Source: Podarcis bocagei
Taxonomy: Eukaryota
Length of the DNA: 64,000 bases
Reading direction: 5' to 3' (one strand)
Assembly (NCBI GenBank): GCA_964188305.1
Contig: OZ076892.1
The position numbers were made by a program, and so were the translations under genes. The notes under the pieces are model-generated. The model made no database searches. It saw nothing but the letters and a program-made list of their open reading frames with translations, and had not been told where the DNA came from. Positions 9,960 through 21,833 of this stretch are shown one piece after another (the stretch's first letter is position 1; each line of letters opens with the position of its first letter).

Positions 9960-12356
9960 ACTTGCAAGTCCAAGTCTTCACTCCAGTCTGCCAAGGAAAA
10001 CTGTTTTGCTCTCATCAACTGCTGCTGCCTGTCTGGAACCACGATTGGCCAAACCGACTTGCCTACGCGACGCAAGCTGAACGTCACGGTGCTCATTGAA
10101 GGAGCTCCATGTGACATGGAGATTGACACCGGGTCTGCCCTGTCCATCGTGTCTTGGAGCACCATCAAAAGACTGGTACCCAGAGTGTCCAAAAGGCAAC
10201 TCGACTCTCACCGTGTACACCTGAGAGACTACCAGGGAAATGACACCCCCGTGGTATGCATTGGCCAGTTCCGGATCGCCTTCAAGGATTTTTCGGGCCT
10301 GCTCCGGTTGGTGGTGGTCGAAGGTCAGCGGCCAAGCCTCCTAGGGCTAGACTGGTTTGATGCCCTCGGCCTGGAAGTCACCGGCATCAACTGCATCTCT
10401 AACGCAGAGACTGAGGGTCTGGTCAAAGACTTTGCCGAGATTTTTGATGGCACTTTGGGGCAATATAAAGGTACGCCCATCTCCTTTAGCCTTGATCCAC
10501 AAGTCGCCCCCATCAAGCTAAAGCCACGCCGGGTTCCCTTTGTTCTCAAGGCTAAGGTGGATGAACAACTGGACAAGGTGATTGCCCAAGGAGTTTTGGA
10601 GCCGGTTGACCACGCCAAGTGGGAAACCCCCATCGTCACGCCTGTCAAGCCAGACGGGTCGGTGAGAATCTGCGCTGACTACAAGTGCACGATCAACAAG
10701 GCACTTCAGCAGCACGCTTATCCGGTTCCTGTTGTCCAACACCTGCTGCATTCCCTGGGTGAGGATAAGGTATTCGCTAAGCTGGACCTTGCCCAAGCCT
10801 ATCAACAACTGCCCGTCGATGGTGCCACTGCTGAAGCCCAGATGATCGTCACCCACAGAGGGGCATTCCGTTGCCGCCGGTTGCAGTTCGGGGTGAGTGT
10901 GGCTCCTGGCATCTTCCAAAGCCTTATGGAGCGTCTCCTGCAAGGGCTTCCGGGTGTGGTACCATATTTTGATGACGTCTTGGTGTCCACAGACTCAAAC
11001 CAGCAGCTGTTCGAGCGCCTCCGTGCCGTGCTGACCAGGTTCCAAGAGGCCGGGCTCAAGGTAAAGTGGGAGAAGTGCCAGATCACCGTTCCACAGGTAG
11101 AGTTCCTGGGCTATCTTATCGACGCCTCCAGCCTACACCCGACCACATCCAAGATCCGCGCTATCCAGCAGGCCCCCATCCCAAAGAACAAGACGGAGTT
11201 GCAGGCGTTCCTGGGGCTGCTGAACTTTTATAACATGTTCCTGCCCCACAAAGCCACGGTGGCTGAGTCTCTTCACCGACTCCTCAGCACAAAGACGCCT
11301 TGGTCCTGGGGTCATCGGGAGACAGCGGCCTTCAACACGGTCAAGGCTCTCCTTTCATCAGACAGTGTGCTGGTACAGTACAGTGAAGCCAGGCCGTTGG
11401 TCCTTGCCTGTGACGCCTCACCTTTTGGCATCGGCGCTGTCCTTAGTCACCGTTTTCCAGACGGAAGAGAAGCACCGCTCGCCTACTTTTCCAGGACACT
11501 ATCTCCAACGGAACGGAATTACAGCCAGCTTGACAAGGAGGCACTGGCACTTGTGGCTGGAGTGAAGAGGTTCCATGAATACCTCTATGGCAGGACTTTT
11601 GACCTCATCACTGACCACAAGCCGTTCCTGGGCCTCCTCGCCGGTGATCGTCCAACTCCACCGGTCCTCTCACCGCGCATGCTGCGATGGACTGTTTTCC
11701 TGGCTGCCTACCACTACCGGCTTGTCCATCACCCGGGGAAATCGATGGGCCATGCCGACGCCCTCAGCCGTTGCCCCCTTCCAGCGTTTGTGGAAGACCC
11801 GGCTCCAGCTTCATCGCTCCTCCTGATTGAGGATCTTCCGGCAGCGCCTGTATCGGCTGCCACTGTGGCCTCCGCATCTGCCCAGGATCGCACCATCAGC
11901 CATGTGCTCAACTGGGTGTGGAGGGGGTGGCCACAAGGGCCTTTTGCATCGGAGTTCCAGCCATTTGCAACCAGACAACATGAACTCTTGGCTCATCGCG
12001 GCTGTCTGCTGTGGGGAGACCGCACCATGATTCCCCAAAGACTCCGTCAACACGTCCTGGAGGCTCTGCACGTTGGCCACCCGGGAATTGTCAAAATGAA
12101 GGCGTTGGCTCGGTGTTACGTCTGGTGGCCTAACATGGACGATGCCATCACTGCCTGGGTGTCCGCCTGTCAAGCGTGCCAAGAATCGAGGTCTGCACCA
12201 CCGGCAGCTAAGGGACACACCTGGGAGACGCCAAAGACACCTTGGTTGAGGGTGCACATCGATCTGGCTGGCCCCTTTCACGGCCGGACCTTTTGGAGAA
12301 ATCGCTGTGTAGTCTGCCATGTCTACCCACTATTCAACACCAGCCAAAGCTGGTAA
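9960..12356 (+). CDS. Gypsy pol: protease, reverse transcriptase, RNase H, truncated integrase
   Basis: Motifs IDTGSA (protease); KLDLAQAY and YFDD (RT); CDAS, DKEAL, TDHKP, HADALS (RNase H); LHVGHPG...CQAC (integrase Zn finger). Breaks after RVHIDLAGPFHGRT into LTR sequence. The frame is open from just after TGA 9939-9941; no start codon of its own is implied. Confidence 0.9.
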   Translation, partial: TCKSKSSLQSAKENCFALINCCCLSGTTIGQTDLPTRRKLNVTVLIEGAPCDMEIDTGSALSIVSWSTIKRLVPRVSKRQLDSHRVHLRDYQGNDTPVVCIGQFRIAFKDFSGLLRLVVVEGQRPSLLGLDWFDALGLEVTGINCISNAETEGLVKDFAEIFDGTLGQYKGTPISFSLDPQVAPIKLKPRRVPFVLKAKVDEQLDKVIAQGVLEPVDHAKWETPIVTPVKPDGSVRICADYKCTINKALQQHAYPVPVVQHLLHSLGEDKVFAKLDLAQAYQQLPVDGATAEAQMIVTHRGAFRCRRLQFGVSVAPGIFQSLMERLLQGLPGVVPYFDDVLVSTDSNQQLFERLRAVLTRFQEAGLKVKWEKCQITVPQVEFLGYLIDASSLHPTTSKIRAIQQAPIPKNKTELQAFLGLLNFYNMFLPHKATVAESLHRLLSTKTPWSWGHRETAAFNTVKALLSSDSVLVQYSEARPLVLACDASPFGIGAVLSHRFPDGREAPLAYFSRTLSPTERNYSQLDKEALALVAGVKRFHEYLYGRTFDLITDHKPFLGLLAGDRPTPPVLSPRMLRWTVFLAAYHYRLVHHPGKSMGHADALSRCPLPAFVEDPAPASSLLLIEDLPAAPVSAATVASASAQDRTISHVLNWVWRGWPQGPFASEFQPFATRQHELLAHRGCLLWGDRTMIPQRLRQHVLEALHVGHPGIVKMKALARCYVWWPNMDDAITAWVSACQACQESRSAPPAAKGHTWETPKTPWLRVHIDLAGPFHGRTFWRNRCVVCHVYPLFNTSQSW

Positions 12357-12580
12357 AAGAAGCTCCTATGTGCTGCTGTTGTTATAAGCAAGAGTTATCC
12401 AAAATGGCTACTCTGCTAGGTTTCTATCCCTTGCTCGGTGCTCCCTAGTAATGCTTCCTTCCACAACCACCTATAGAACGTTTTGGTTCCTACTATGACT
12501 CACTGTCACTTCAGACAGGATCAAGCTACTAATCTAAAGCAAGTCCTGCAGTTCATGGCCCTAGGGCGGATGTAGAAGAT

Positions 12581-12582
<2 letters not shown>

Positions 12583-12624
<42 letters not shown>
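12583..12624. repeat. (CA)n microsatellite
   Basis: Direct reading. Confidence 0.95.
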
Positions 12625-12625
<1 letters not shown>

Positions 12626-15600
12626 TTTGCAGAGGCTGTGAAGAAAAATTTGCTCTTTTCTGGCTGGACTGCATTACAATTATTCAGCACATTTTGGTGA
12701 GGGAGGAAATCAGTGTAAAAGGATGTGATTTTATAGGCAACTTAGGTTGATCAGTTTAGAGACAGGATGGATTCTTTTGCCCAGGCGATCATGCTGTCTC
12801 CAGCACTCGTCTGCAAACTCTTAGAAACCGTTTCAGCCAGAGAATGTGAAATTTCATACAACTGCAGCTGTATGCCAGTTCTTTAAACAATCGTCAAGCA
12901 TTACAGCCAAAAGGGCCTCTGAAGTTCTAAATCAGCCGGGGGAGAAAATATTACGGAGGGATGTGGGATTAATATCAGCTAACTTGTTAAAATTAGTCAC
13001 GGACATAATTAAGAGCATGCTCGAGAGTGTCCATGGGAAAGCAAGGGTTTTCGAGAAATATTTCTAGAGGTAAAATTATACATTGATCCCCAGTGATAAT
13101 GGGATAATGCTGTGAGTTTGCTGGCAGTGATATTGGGCTTTTGAACCTGGCAAAACTAACAGACCAGAAGCTAACGGGGAAAGCTAATCAGTTCCAGGCA
13201 ATGCTGGAGTGTTTTCCCCCCTTTCGTTCTAGGGCAGGTGGGGAACATTTAAAAACAATTTCAAATAGCAATTCAAAAGGCTTGAAGGTCCAGTAGGAAA
13301 TTTTGCTGCTGTAGACTGACTACAGTGTACCTTAGCTAATACAATCAGCTGAACCCATATGTTCACTCTGTAGATTGCAAAGTTGGGGGACATTATGGCA
13401 AATTTAGGTGCAAAATGTGACATTAAATTACTAGAACTAGTGATCAAGCCCTTGGTTGCTGGTGGGAGCCATTTCTTAGACCCACAAGGCATCCAGAGGG
13501 AGGTAAAGAAGCAATAAATGGCATATCCTCCAATGTTACAAAATGACCTTATTCAGTGGATTTATTTGAGTACCTGTACCAAGGAAATTGTAGCTAACTG
13601 AATGTACAATTATAAATGCAATGGACAAAACACAAAACTGAGCCCCAAAATGTTCTCAAACGTTACTTGTCCATCTGTAAAGTGCAACTGATGCTATCTG
13701 ACAACAGGAATGTAAGAAGAAAGCACTTTCCGTTCTGCTCTGTATTCACCACAATCGATGCTGTTTACGTTCCACTGCATTTCAGCTTCTGCCAAATACT
13801 GCAGTATTAGTTTCACTGTCCACTATCTTTCATAAGTTATGTAACTTACATGCATTTTATTGTGAAGGAAATGTCAAAATGATGTAGAAAACTGTCATTA
13901 ATTACTTATTGTTTGAGGACTTAAGAACAACAGCTATGTGAGCAAATACTAGTCGTCCCAATCAAAGATCCCAGGTACAATCCCTGGCATCACCAGGTAG
14001 GGCTTGCAATGTCTTCTGTCTAAAACCCTGGAGAGCCATTGCTAGTTAGCACTGACAATACCAATCTAGATGCACTAGTGGTCTGACTCAATATGAGGCA
14101 GCTCCCCAAAGTTATTGGCTAAGAAGAGCTATCACTAGGTTTTACAAACAGGTGCATGAATCAAGGAAATGGCAGCATTCAAATATTTTAAAAACAGTCC
14201 CTACACAGCATCATTAAGGTGCTCACAGCTTCAATTCCTTGCTTGATCTGAACAGAAGGCAAGCTACCATTAGCCCCATTCACCTCCCACAAAATTCCTT
14301 GGAGAGTTATATCCAGGCACCTAATAGCAATTTTTGTGGGACTGCTTGGAATTATGGAATCAGCACATAGGGGAAAAGGTGTCAATCGCCGCCTCCTTCC
14401 TTACTCCTGGTCTGATCCGATCTCCCACAAACTGATGCTTTTGGGTGAGAAAGGAAAACATCAAGAGATCTGATCACAAAATCTCCTATATCTTCTCTGT
14501 TCCATCCCTCCTTTCTATGACAAGGCTAGAGTTTTGTTTGCGGGAGTACAGCTTTCTTCCTCCCTCCTTTCTTTTGCAGGAGACATGATTGCAAATGCAT
14601 TGATGTTCCACTTCACACATTGGGAGGTTGAGCCCTAACTCCAATTAAGTGCTGTTTGAAAGCCTTATTTCAGCTGTCACATAAGAAAACTATGTTGGTT
14701 TTAAGAAGGGGAAAAAATAACTGTCAAAAAAAATGTTAGGGAGGAAAAATGCCCACCTGAGTGACAGCTGTATCCACAAGTAGAATGTCACACCATGTCA
14801 AAGCTGTCAAGAACTCAGAAAGGCTTGGGGAATAGGTGGCTGCCTGAATTTGCAAGAGGGAGGCTTAATTGAAAAACAGGGTTGAATAAAGTGCACCAAT
14901 GTGCAGGGCCTCAGCATAATCAGAGTCTCTGCTGAAGTCTGCTTCTCTGACAATCCCTCTGAACAGAGAAGGTATTTAAACTAGACCCGCAATTAGAAAT
15001 TCCGGTGCTTAGAATGAACTAGTTGGGTTTCACAAAATTTCCTAAATTACTCCAATACCTGAAAGACCAGCCTCCTTCGCTACAGACACTCTTGGGTGCT
15101 ACTATCACAGAGGAAGCCCTGGAATTCCACTGCAAACCTGCAAGGTCCTCGAAAAGATGGTGGCGGTCCAACTTCAGGCATGCTTGGAGGAAGCTGATCA
15201 CTTGGATCCATTGCCAAAACCTCCAACATCTCCATGTTTGATTTTATGGGCCTGCCACAAAGATTTAGGTGGGTCCGTTTCAGTGAGAGTCACAATCTTG
15301 GGTGTCAGTGATGTAAGGTGGGGAAAACTCCAGAAAATTTTCCACTGGCTTCCTTTTCCATGGAAGTTTTTCCATGTTGTAAGTTTATTCCTAACAGGGG
15401 ACAGGTGCTGATTCCAGATAAACATTAGGCAAGAGTAGCAACTTAGGGAAAAAAGCAAGCTTTGCTTACCACATACAAGTAAAATAAACAGGCTAAAGTA
15501 CTCTTGAGGGTGGGAATGGAGAAACTGTAGCCTTCCAGATTATTTATTTATTTATTCAATTTAGATCCCCCTCTTCAGGGTGACAAACACATCAATATAT

Positions 15601-18600
15601 ATGAAAACAGTTGAAAACATTATACAAGCAGTGGTTTCAGTGGCCTGGAACAGTGTCTTTCAGCCATCAAATGCCTGGATGAAAAGGAATGCTATTACAT
15701 TCCTCCCAAAAGTTAATAATGAGGGAGACAGACACACCTCACCAGGGAGGGCATTCCACCGACATGGGCCAACGCCAGCTGGGCAGCCCCCAGGGTTGGC
15801 ATCACCAGCATGGCCAACAATGGATGCTGTTGGATTCCAACTCGCATAATCTCTGAGCAGTGGCCATTGTGGCTGGTGAGAGTCCAACAAAAGCTGGAAA
15901 ACCATGTGCTCCCCATCCCTGCTCCAACCACATTACACTGCCTCTCTTTGACAAAATCTATTGTACAATCAATTTTAAAAAAACAAAACAGAAGTCCCTT
16001 GAAATGAGTTGACAACAACTCGCTCAAAAACGCCCTGAGCACTTTACTTCCACCTGATCAGAAGCTGACCTATTTCTCTAGTGCTTCTGTCTGTCTGTCT
16101 TCTAAAGAACTAATAACAAATGCTCTGCTCAGAACAAAAAAAAGTCAATGATCTTCATACTGAAATGTCTTTTGGCCCTTGCTATATGTTTTGCAATGGA
16201 CATAAATCCAGTCTTGTCTTCTAGCTTGCTCACTTTTAAAAGGGGGGGGGGAGAATAAGGGGGGGGATTGGAGTTTCAGAGAGGTCAGTTTTCACATCAA
16301 CAAGCCTGCAAGATCTAGATGTGTATCTGAAACCACACTTCCTCCAAAACAATCCTCCTCTGTTTTAATAATGACGCTGTCCTTACATCCCAGGGCTTGC
16401 TTCCAGGTCACAATAAACATACAACATGGTTTATAGCTCCCCTCCCCACCCTCTCTCTCTTAAAAAAAAAAGAACAATAATTTAAGGGGGATCTTTTTCA
16501 ACAGTTTATGTCCCAGTGAGCTCCCTGGAATCCAAGCTTCTCTCTGCAAAGGCCATTATTCTCAAATTACAAGCAGCCCTTGGATATACCCCGTCTCTCC
16601 CCCCCCCCCCGCACATTGTGCTACAATCCCTACACTGGTTAGAAAACTAGGATTACAACAGAACAAAACAGGGAGGGGGGCAGGAAACGTGTCTTCAGTC
16701 ACAGAAGAATCAACATGAAGCACTTCAGATGTGCAACTGGACATCCAGTGTTTGGGGGGAGGGGACACTGTTAGAAGCAGAGTTTGTGGAAGAATTCCAG
16801 CATTTCTTCCATGACCCAAAACAAGGGTGGCCAAGATAAAGCCCCAGGGATCAGATGTGGCCCTCTGGGCATCTTTACCTGGCCCTCAGAACTCTCCAAT
16901 GCATAACTGAACTCTGCTAATGCCTGTGAATGTAAGGAGAGCCCTGCTAGATCAGGCCAATGTCCCATGTAGTCCATTATCCTGTTCTCCCAGTGGCCAA
17001 CCTGATGCCTCAATGGGAAGCCTGCAAGCAGCATACCCTCCAACATTTGTCCAATGAAAGTAGGGACGTCCTAAGGAAAAGTGGGACTTTCCAGGATCAA
17101 ATCAGAAACCAGGACGGCTTCTCTAAATCATGGATGTCCCTGAAAAATAGGGGCACTTGGGGGGGGGCTTGAAGCAGGACCTGAGGACAAGAGCACTCAC
17201 CCTTCCTGTGGTTTCCAGCTGCTGATATAAATATTGCTTGCCTCTATCTTGTTTGCCTGGACAAAGAATAGAGAGGGCTGTGCAAGTGTGTATAGAAACT
17301 AGACTACACAAAAGTAAAAATAAATAAATTATATGTGTTGTTCATTTTGTTCTGATTTCTGCAGTCGTGGCAGACCAGAGGTAGAGGTGCCAGCAAGCCC
17401 CCATAGCCCCACAGTTGTGCCAACAGTGCCTAGTTCCAGGTTTTGCCTATGTGCCATGCACACAGGGGTAAGCTACCATCTCTGAAGGGCCGGCATGGAA
17501 TCCTCTCTGACATGCCACTTGGAAATGGAGTATTCCCCACCTTGAAACATAGACTGGCTGCAGCCCTACCCATCCCTGTTCTCCACTTAATAAAAAAGGC
17601 ATTTGCTGCCCAGTTCTTCGAAAGGAGACTCTCTTTCTTCCCCCACCCCTTGCAAAACTCCAAATGCTTTTATTTGTACATCAGAGAGAAGGGGCCCACA
17701 GAAAACAGATTGATTAACATTTGGAGGCATTTTGCTTTCTGCAGAATCAAAGCCCAAAGATTCCAAAGGGAAGGACGGAAAACGTCCCAAATGTTAATCA
17801 GTCTATTTGCAGCTTCTCCTCAGATGTTTGAAATAAAGAGCGAGTTTGGGGAGGAGGAGGAGGAGGAGAAAGGAAAAAAATAAAAAATGCTACAATTGCA
17901 TTTTGCTTGGCCAGCTGCCAAGAGATACCTCCTTCAGGAGATGGTAGTTAGCTGCACCTTAACTGTCTCATCCTTTTGTGCAGCACCCCAAACTGTGCAT
18001 GTGATTCTTACATGTTTCACTGGCTCTTTTTTTTTTTTTTAAGAAACAAAGAAAGAAAAGGAGGAAAGGGAAGGAGAACAATGAGCCAGATGGCTGCAGG
18101 CACAAACTTGCAAGCAGCAGAAGCATACAGAAAGGTGCAGGAGGCTTCATTTCATTCGGCAATGCCCTAAAATTGTCACAATGTATTCCAAGCACCTGCC
18201 ACATCCTGATTTATTTTGGATTTTGGTACATCTGTTGCAGCGGCAGTTTAACAGTCAATTCCTGTTCACAGGGAATTCTGGGCATCATAGCTCTGTGAGG
18301 GAAATAGGGGTCTCCTAACAACTCTCAGCACCCTTAACGAACTAGGGTTCCCAGAATTCCTTGGGGGAAGCCATGTCTGTTTAAAGTAATATCAGAGCAC
18401 TTTAAAGGTATGATGTGAATGTGGCCTAAATGTGGTCCATTTCTCCAGCAACCTGTTATCACTGTGGCCAACTAGACGCTGGTGTGGAACATGCAAGCAG
18501 GACCTGAGAATTCTCCCCCATTGGTTCATTTTTGTCCAATCTTCCAGGATTTAAAAACACAATTGAGTTTTCTAGAAAGGTTACGGTAGTTTTGATTCAA

Positions 18601-19144
18601 AGATGTGTTGTTGGTATCCTCTGTCAGAATTGAAATGGATGCAGATTTGGAAGAGCAGCCCTTGCCCCCCTATGGGAAAGCTGCTCCATTCTTTGTTTTA
18701 TTTTTGTTTATAGTCCCTCTGTGTATTTCATCTTCTCCTGCTGGAACCACTGCTCTGATGCATGCTAGGCATTAGCAACTGTCACACTAAATTAGGAAAG
18801 AAAAAAGGAGAAGGAGAAAATGCCCCATGGCCTTTAATGGAGAAAGTCCTATACGGGTGCCCAAGTAACATCTCTGGGGAAATCATGTATCTTATTAAGA
18901 ACCACCCAATTTCACAAAAAGAACCATACATTTATTTATTTAAAAGGGAAGGAATTCCGTTTTCAAGAGGCTTAATTCTCCTTATGTGAAAAGAATCCAA
19001 ATGACCTCAAACTCTGAAAGAGCTAATGGCCTCCAAAGATTCAGCCACTCCAAAAAGCATTCTCAAACAGATGAAATTTCTTTAATGATATTTTGCTTCC
19101 TGAGCTAGCATGGTTAGCTACAACATGTTTGTCAAACAAGAGTA

Positions 19145-19369
19145 CAGTGGTACAGTACCTCAGGTTACACATGCTTCAGGTTACAGACTCCACTAACCCA
19201 GAAATAGTGCTTCAGGTTAAGAACTTTGCTTCAGGATGAGAACAGAAATCATGCTCCAGCGGCGCGACAGGAGCCCCCATTAACTAAGGTGGTGCTTCAG
19301 GTTAAGAAGAGTTTCAGGTTAAGAACGCACCTCCGGAACAAATTAAGTACTTAACCCGAGTTACCACTG
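19145..19369. mobile_element. Tc1/mariner (Tigger-like) MITE, copy 2
   Basis: Same family as 3706-3936; TA flanks. Confidence 0.88.
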
Positions 19370-20611
19370 TACAGTATATACCTTCATATTACCACGTACT
19401 CAACATCCAGTGCACTTTCCACTGCTAGTTTTTCAAGCTGCATTCCCACAATGTTAGACACAGTCTATACTTTCCAACATGACACACTCCTGTGCAAGTC
19501 ACATTATTTGTGTGAAATTCCAGCCCCATAAAAAGTGCTTTTTGGGTACACCTGAAGATCGCAGTGGCCATTTCGGCTGCTGTCCTCTTGTGAGAAAAAA
19601 TGGGATGTCCCTTTTTTTCCTGGGGCAGTTGACAAATATGCACAGTCCATACCTATCACGTTGTTTCTTGACAAACACTGCTGTTTGATGCATTTCCCCA
19701 CCCCCACCCCTCAAACCAACTTCAATTCGACTTGAAAACATAAGCTGCATTCACTTCATACTTAAGAATATTGTATACATTTGAGATGGCTGAGCATGCG
19801 CAGATGACCGCTCCATGAATAGTAGTTCCCAGGTGTATGTGTTGGGTTGAATAAACCCCAAAATGTCTCTCAGCTTAACCTACCTCACAGAGTTGCTGTG
19901 AGGATAAAATGGAGATGGGGGAAAGTGTGTATGCCACTTGGATCTCCTTGGAGGAAATGTGGTATATAAATACAATAATCAATAATCAATCAATCAAGCT
20001 GAATGTTGGCAATTCAGAAAGGTCAAAAAGAAGTATTTCCTCATGCAGTGCACAGCCAACTACGGAATTTATTATCATATGATGTAGTAATGGCTGCCTA
20101 TGTGGCCAACTTTAAAAGGGGAACTGGACAAAGGTACAGAGAATAAGACTCTCAGTGGTTACTAGCCATGACAACTATGTTGCCTTGCATAGTTTTTATA
20201 GGAGTGGAAAAGAGAACTACGGTAATTAAGGAGCAAACAACCCAGGGCTGTCTTCCACATTTCCTAGCAAATGGGAACCAGTGTCTAATTCCCACATCTG
20301 CGTGGCCAGTGTGATAACATAACGCTGGACAAGATAGCTCTTAGGTTTGATCCAACAGGGCTCTTCCAGTGCCCAGGGCTATCCTGTTCCTGGCTTATAC
20401 CTCCTTCCCCATACCTTGTGGTATTGCTCACCATCACCATCACCCCCACAGCCCACCGAGGTCCTGCTATTTAATTTAAAAAACCAACAACATGATTACT
20501 AATTATACTACTAAGATAATCTGCAGTTATTCCAGGAATGGGGAATCTCAGGCCCAAGGAGCAGCAGCGCCCCCCCCCCTCCCCAGACGTCTCTATTTAC
20601 CCTTATGACAC

Positions 20612-20748
20612 CAGGGCTATTTTTCTAGAAAAAGAGGTGCTGGAATTCACCATGAATGCCCCCTTGTATTCTCTTATAATGATAATGGCGCCCACCTGAG
20701 AGGTTCTGGAACTGGGTTAAGGTGAGTTCCGGCCAAAGAAAGGTGCTG
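20612..20748. mobile_element. Short hAT-like MITE
   Basis: Begins CAGGGCTATTTTT and ends with degraded AAAGGTGCTG; internal inverted gctggaa(t/c)t...agttccggc motifs. Confidence 0.45.
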
Positions 20749-20885
20749 GCCACACCCCTTTCCTTCAGGCCACACCTCTCACCAGCCCAACTTCCATGAG
20801 TGTTTTGGCATGGATGGACTGTGACCTTGGAACACTGATAATGCCTCTTCAGTTGCCTGGATGGAGAAGAGAGGTGTGTGTGTGT

Positions 20886-21833
20886 CAGTGGCGTAGCGTG
20901 GGGGGTGCCAGGGGTGCCGGCCGCACCGGGCGCAACATTTTGGGGGGCGCGTTTGGCCGGCCCTCCTCGAGGAAGCAGGAACCCCACTGTCCTCGGACCT
21001 CCTCCGAAGCCTGGCGGTGGGGCAGAGAGACCTTCTCCCCGCGCCAGCCTTCGGAAGGCTGCTCCGAAGCCTGGCGGTGGGGCGGAGAGCAGTGGCGTAG
21101 CGTGGGGGGTGCAGGGGGTGCACGCCACCTGCCATGCCGCCCTGGCTGCTTCAACCGCGTCCGACAGCCGGCTCGAGGCTCCTTCCGGCCGGGTCTCCCG
21201 ACGGGGCGCTGCGGGCGGAGGCTCCGGCACCAAGCGCCATGCCGCCCAGGCTCGGGTCGCTGTCTAGACGCGCGCAGCCCGCCAAACGCGCCATCGGCGG
21301 CGCTCTAGTGCCTGCGCGCCAAGACCGCCCACCCGCCCCGACGGGCCCCCCCACCCGCGCCGGAGGCCGGCCGACGCACTGGCCCCAGAGCTGCCCCCTC
21401 CCCGCGCCAGAAAAAAGCCCCCTCCCCGCGCCAGAAAGAAGCCGCGTCGGGACTAGCTGGGCCGGGGAGGGAGACCGAGAAGGCTGCGTCGCGACGCCCA
21501 AAGACGCGCGTCTTGGCGCAAAGGGGCCCGCGGCACCCAGACGCGGAAGGGACCCTCTCCCCCTGACCCGCCACTGAACTGCAATTTCCAGCTCCCTTGG
21601 CAAATCCCAGTCCCCAATCCCCAAGATGCTTTATTTGAGGCAGGGGTCCTTTAATTGCAAAAACAACACCACGGAGGGCAGTAGTCACCACGACGTTTGC
21701 CCCAGAGTAGAGCCGTCAGTATTAATGACCATGGTTAGGGGTTAGGGGGCGCAAATTACTTGCCTTGCCCCGGGTTAGGGGGCGCAAATTACTTGCCTTG
21801 CCCCGGGTGCTGATAACCCACGCTACGCCGCTG
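20886..21833. mobile_element. Non-autonomous hAT-type element with GC/CpG-rich cargo
   Basis: 17-bp TIR CAGTGGCGTAGCGTGGG / CCCACGCTACGCCGCTG (1 mismatch). GTGTGTGT on both sides is compatible with an 8-bp TSD inside a (GT)n tract. Confidence 0.85.

Larger units (their letters stand above)
8734..12339 (+). mobile_element. Ty3/Gypsy LTR retrotransposon (Mag-like), internally deleted
   Basis: 5' LTR ending ...TTCAACA at 8979, PBS, gag with zinc knuckles, pol in PR-RT-RH-IN order, and a 48-bp 3' LTR remnant (12292-12339) identical to 8932-8979. Confidence 0.95.

Noticed and set aside
10059-12356. Domesticated retrotransposon-derived host gene
   Set aside because: LTR, PBS and an identical LTR remnant show a recent insertion; the long ORF is explained by youth.
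20625-21691. Several overlapping 90-200 aa ORFs on both strands
   Set aside because: Low-complexity Pro/Ala/Arg/Gly translations are expected from stop-poor GC-rich DNA; they cross transposon boundaries and show no domain.
21733-21782. TTAGGG telomere-like motifs
   Set aside because: Only three non-tandem copies, part of the transposon subterminal duplication.
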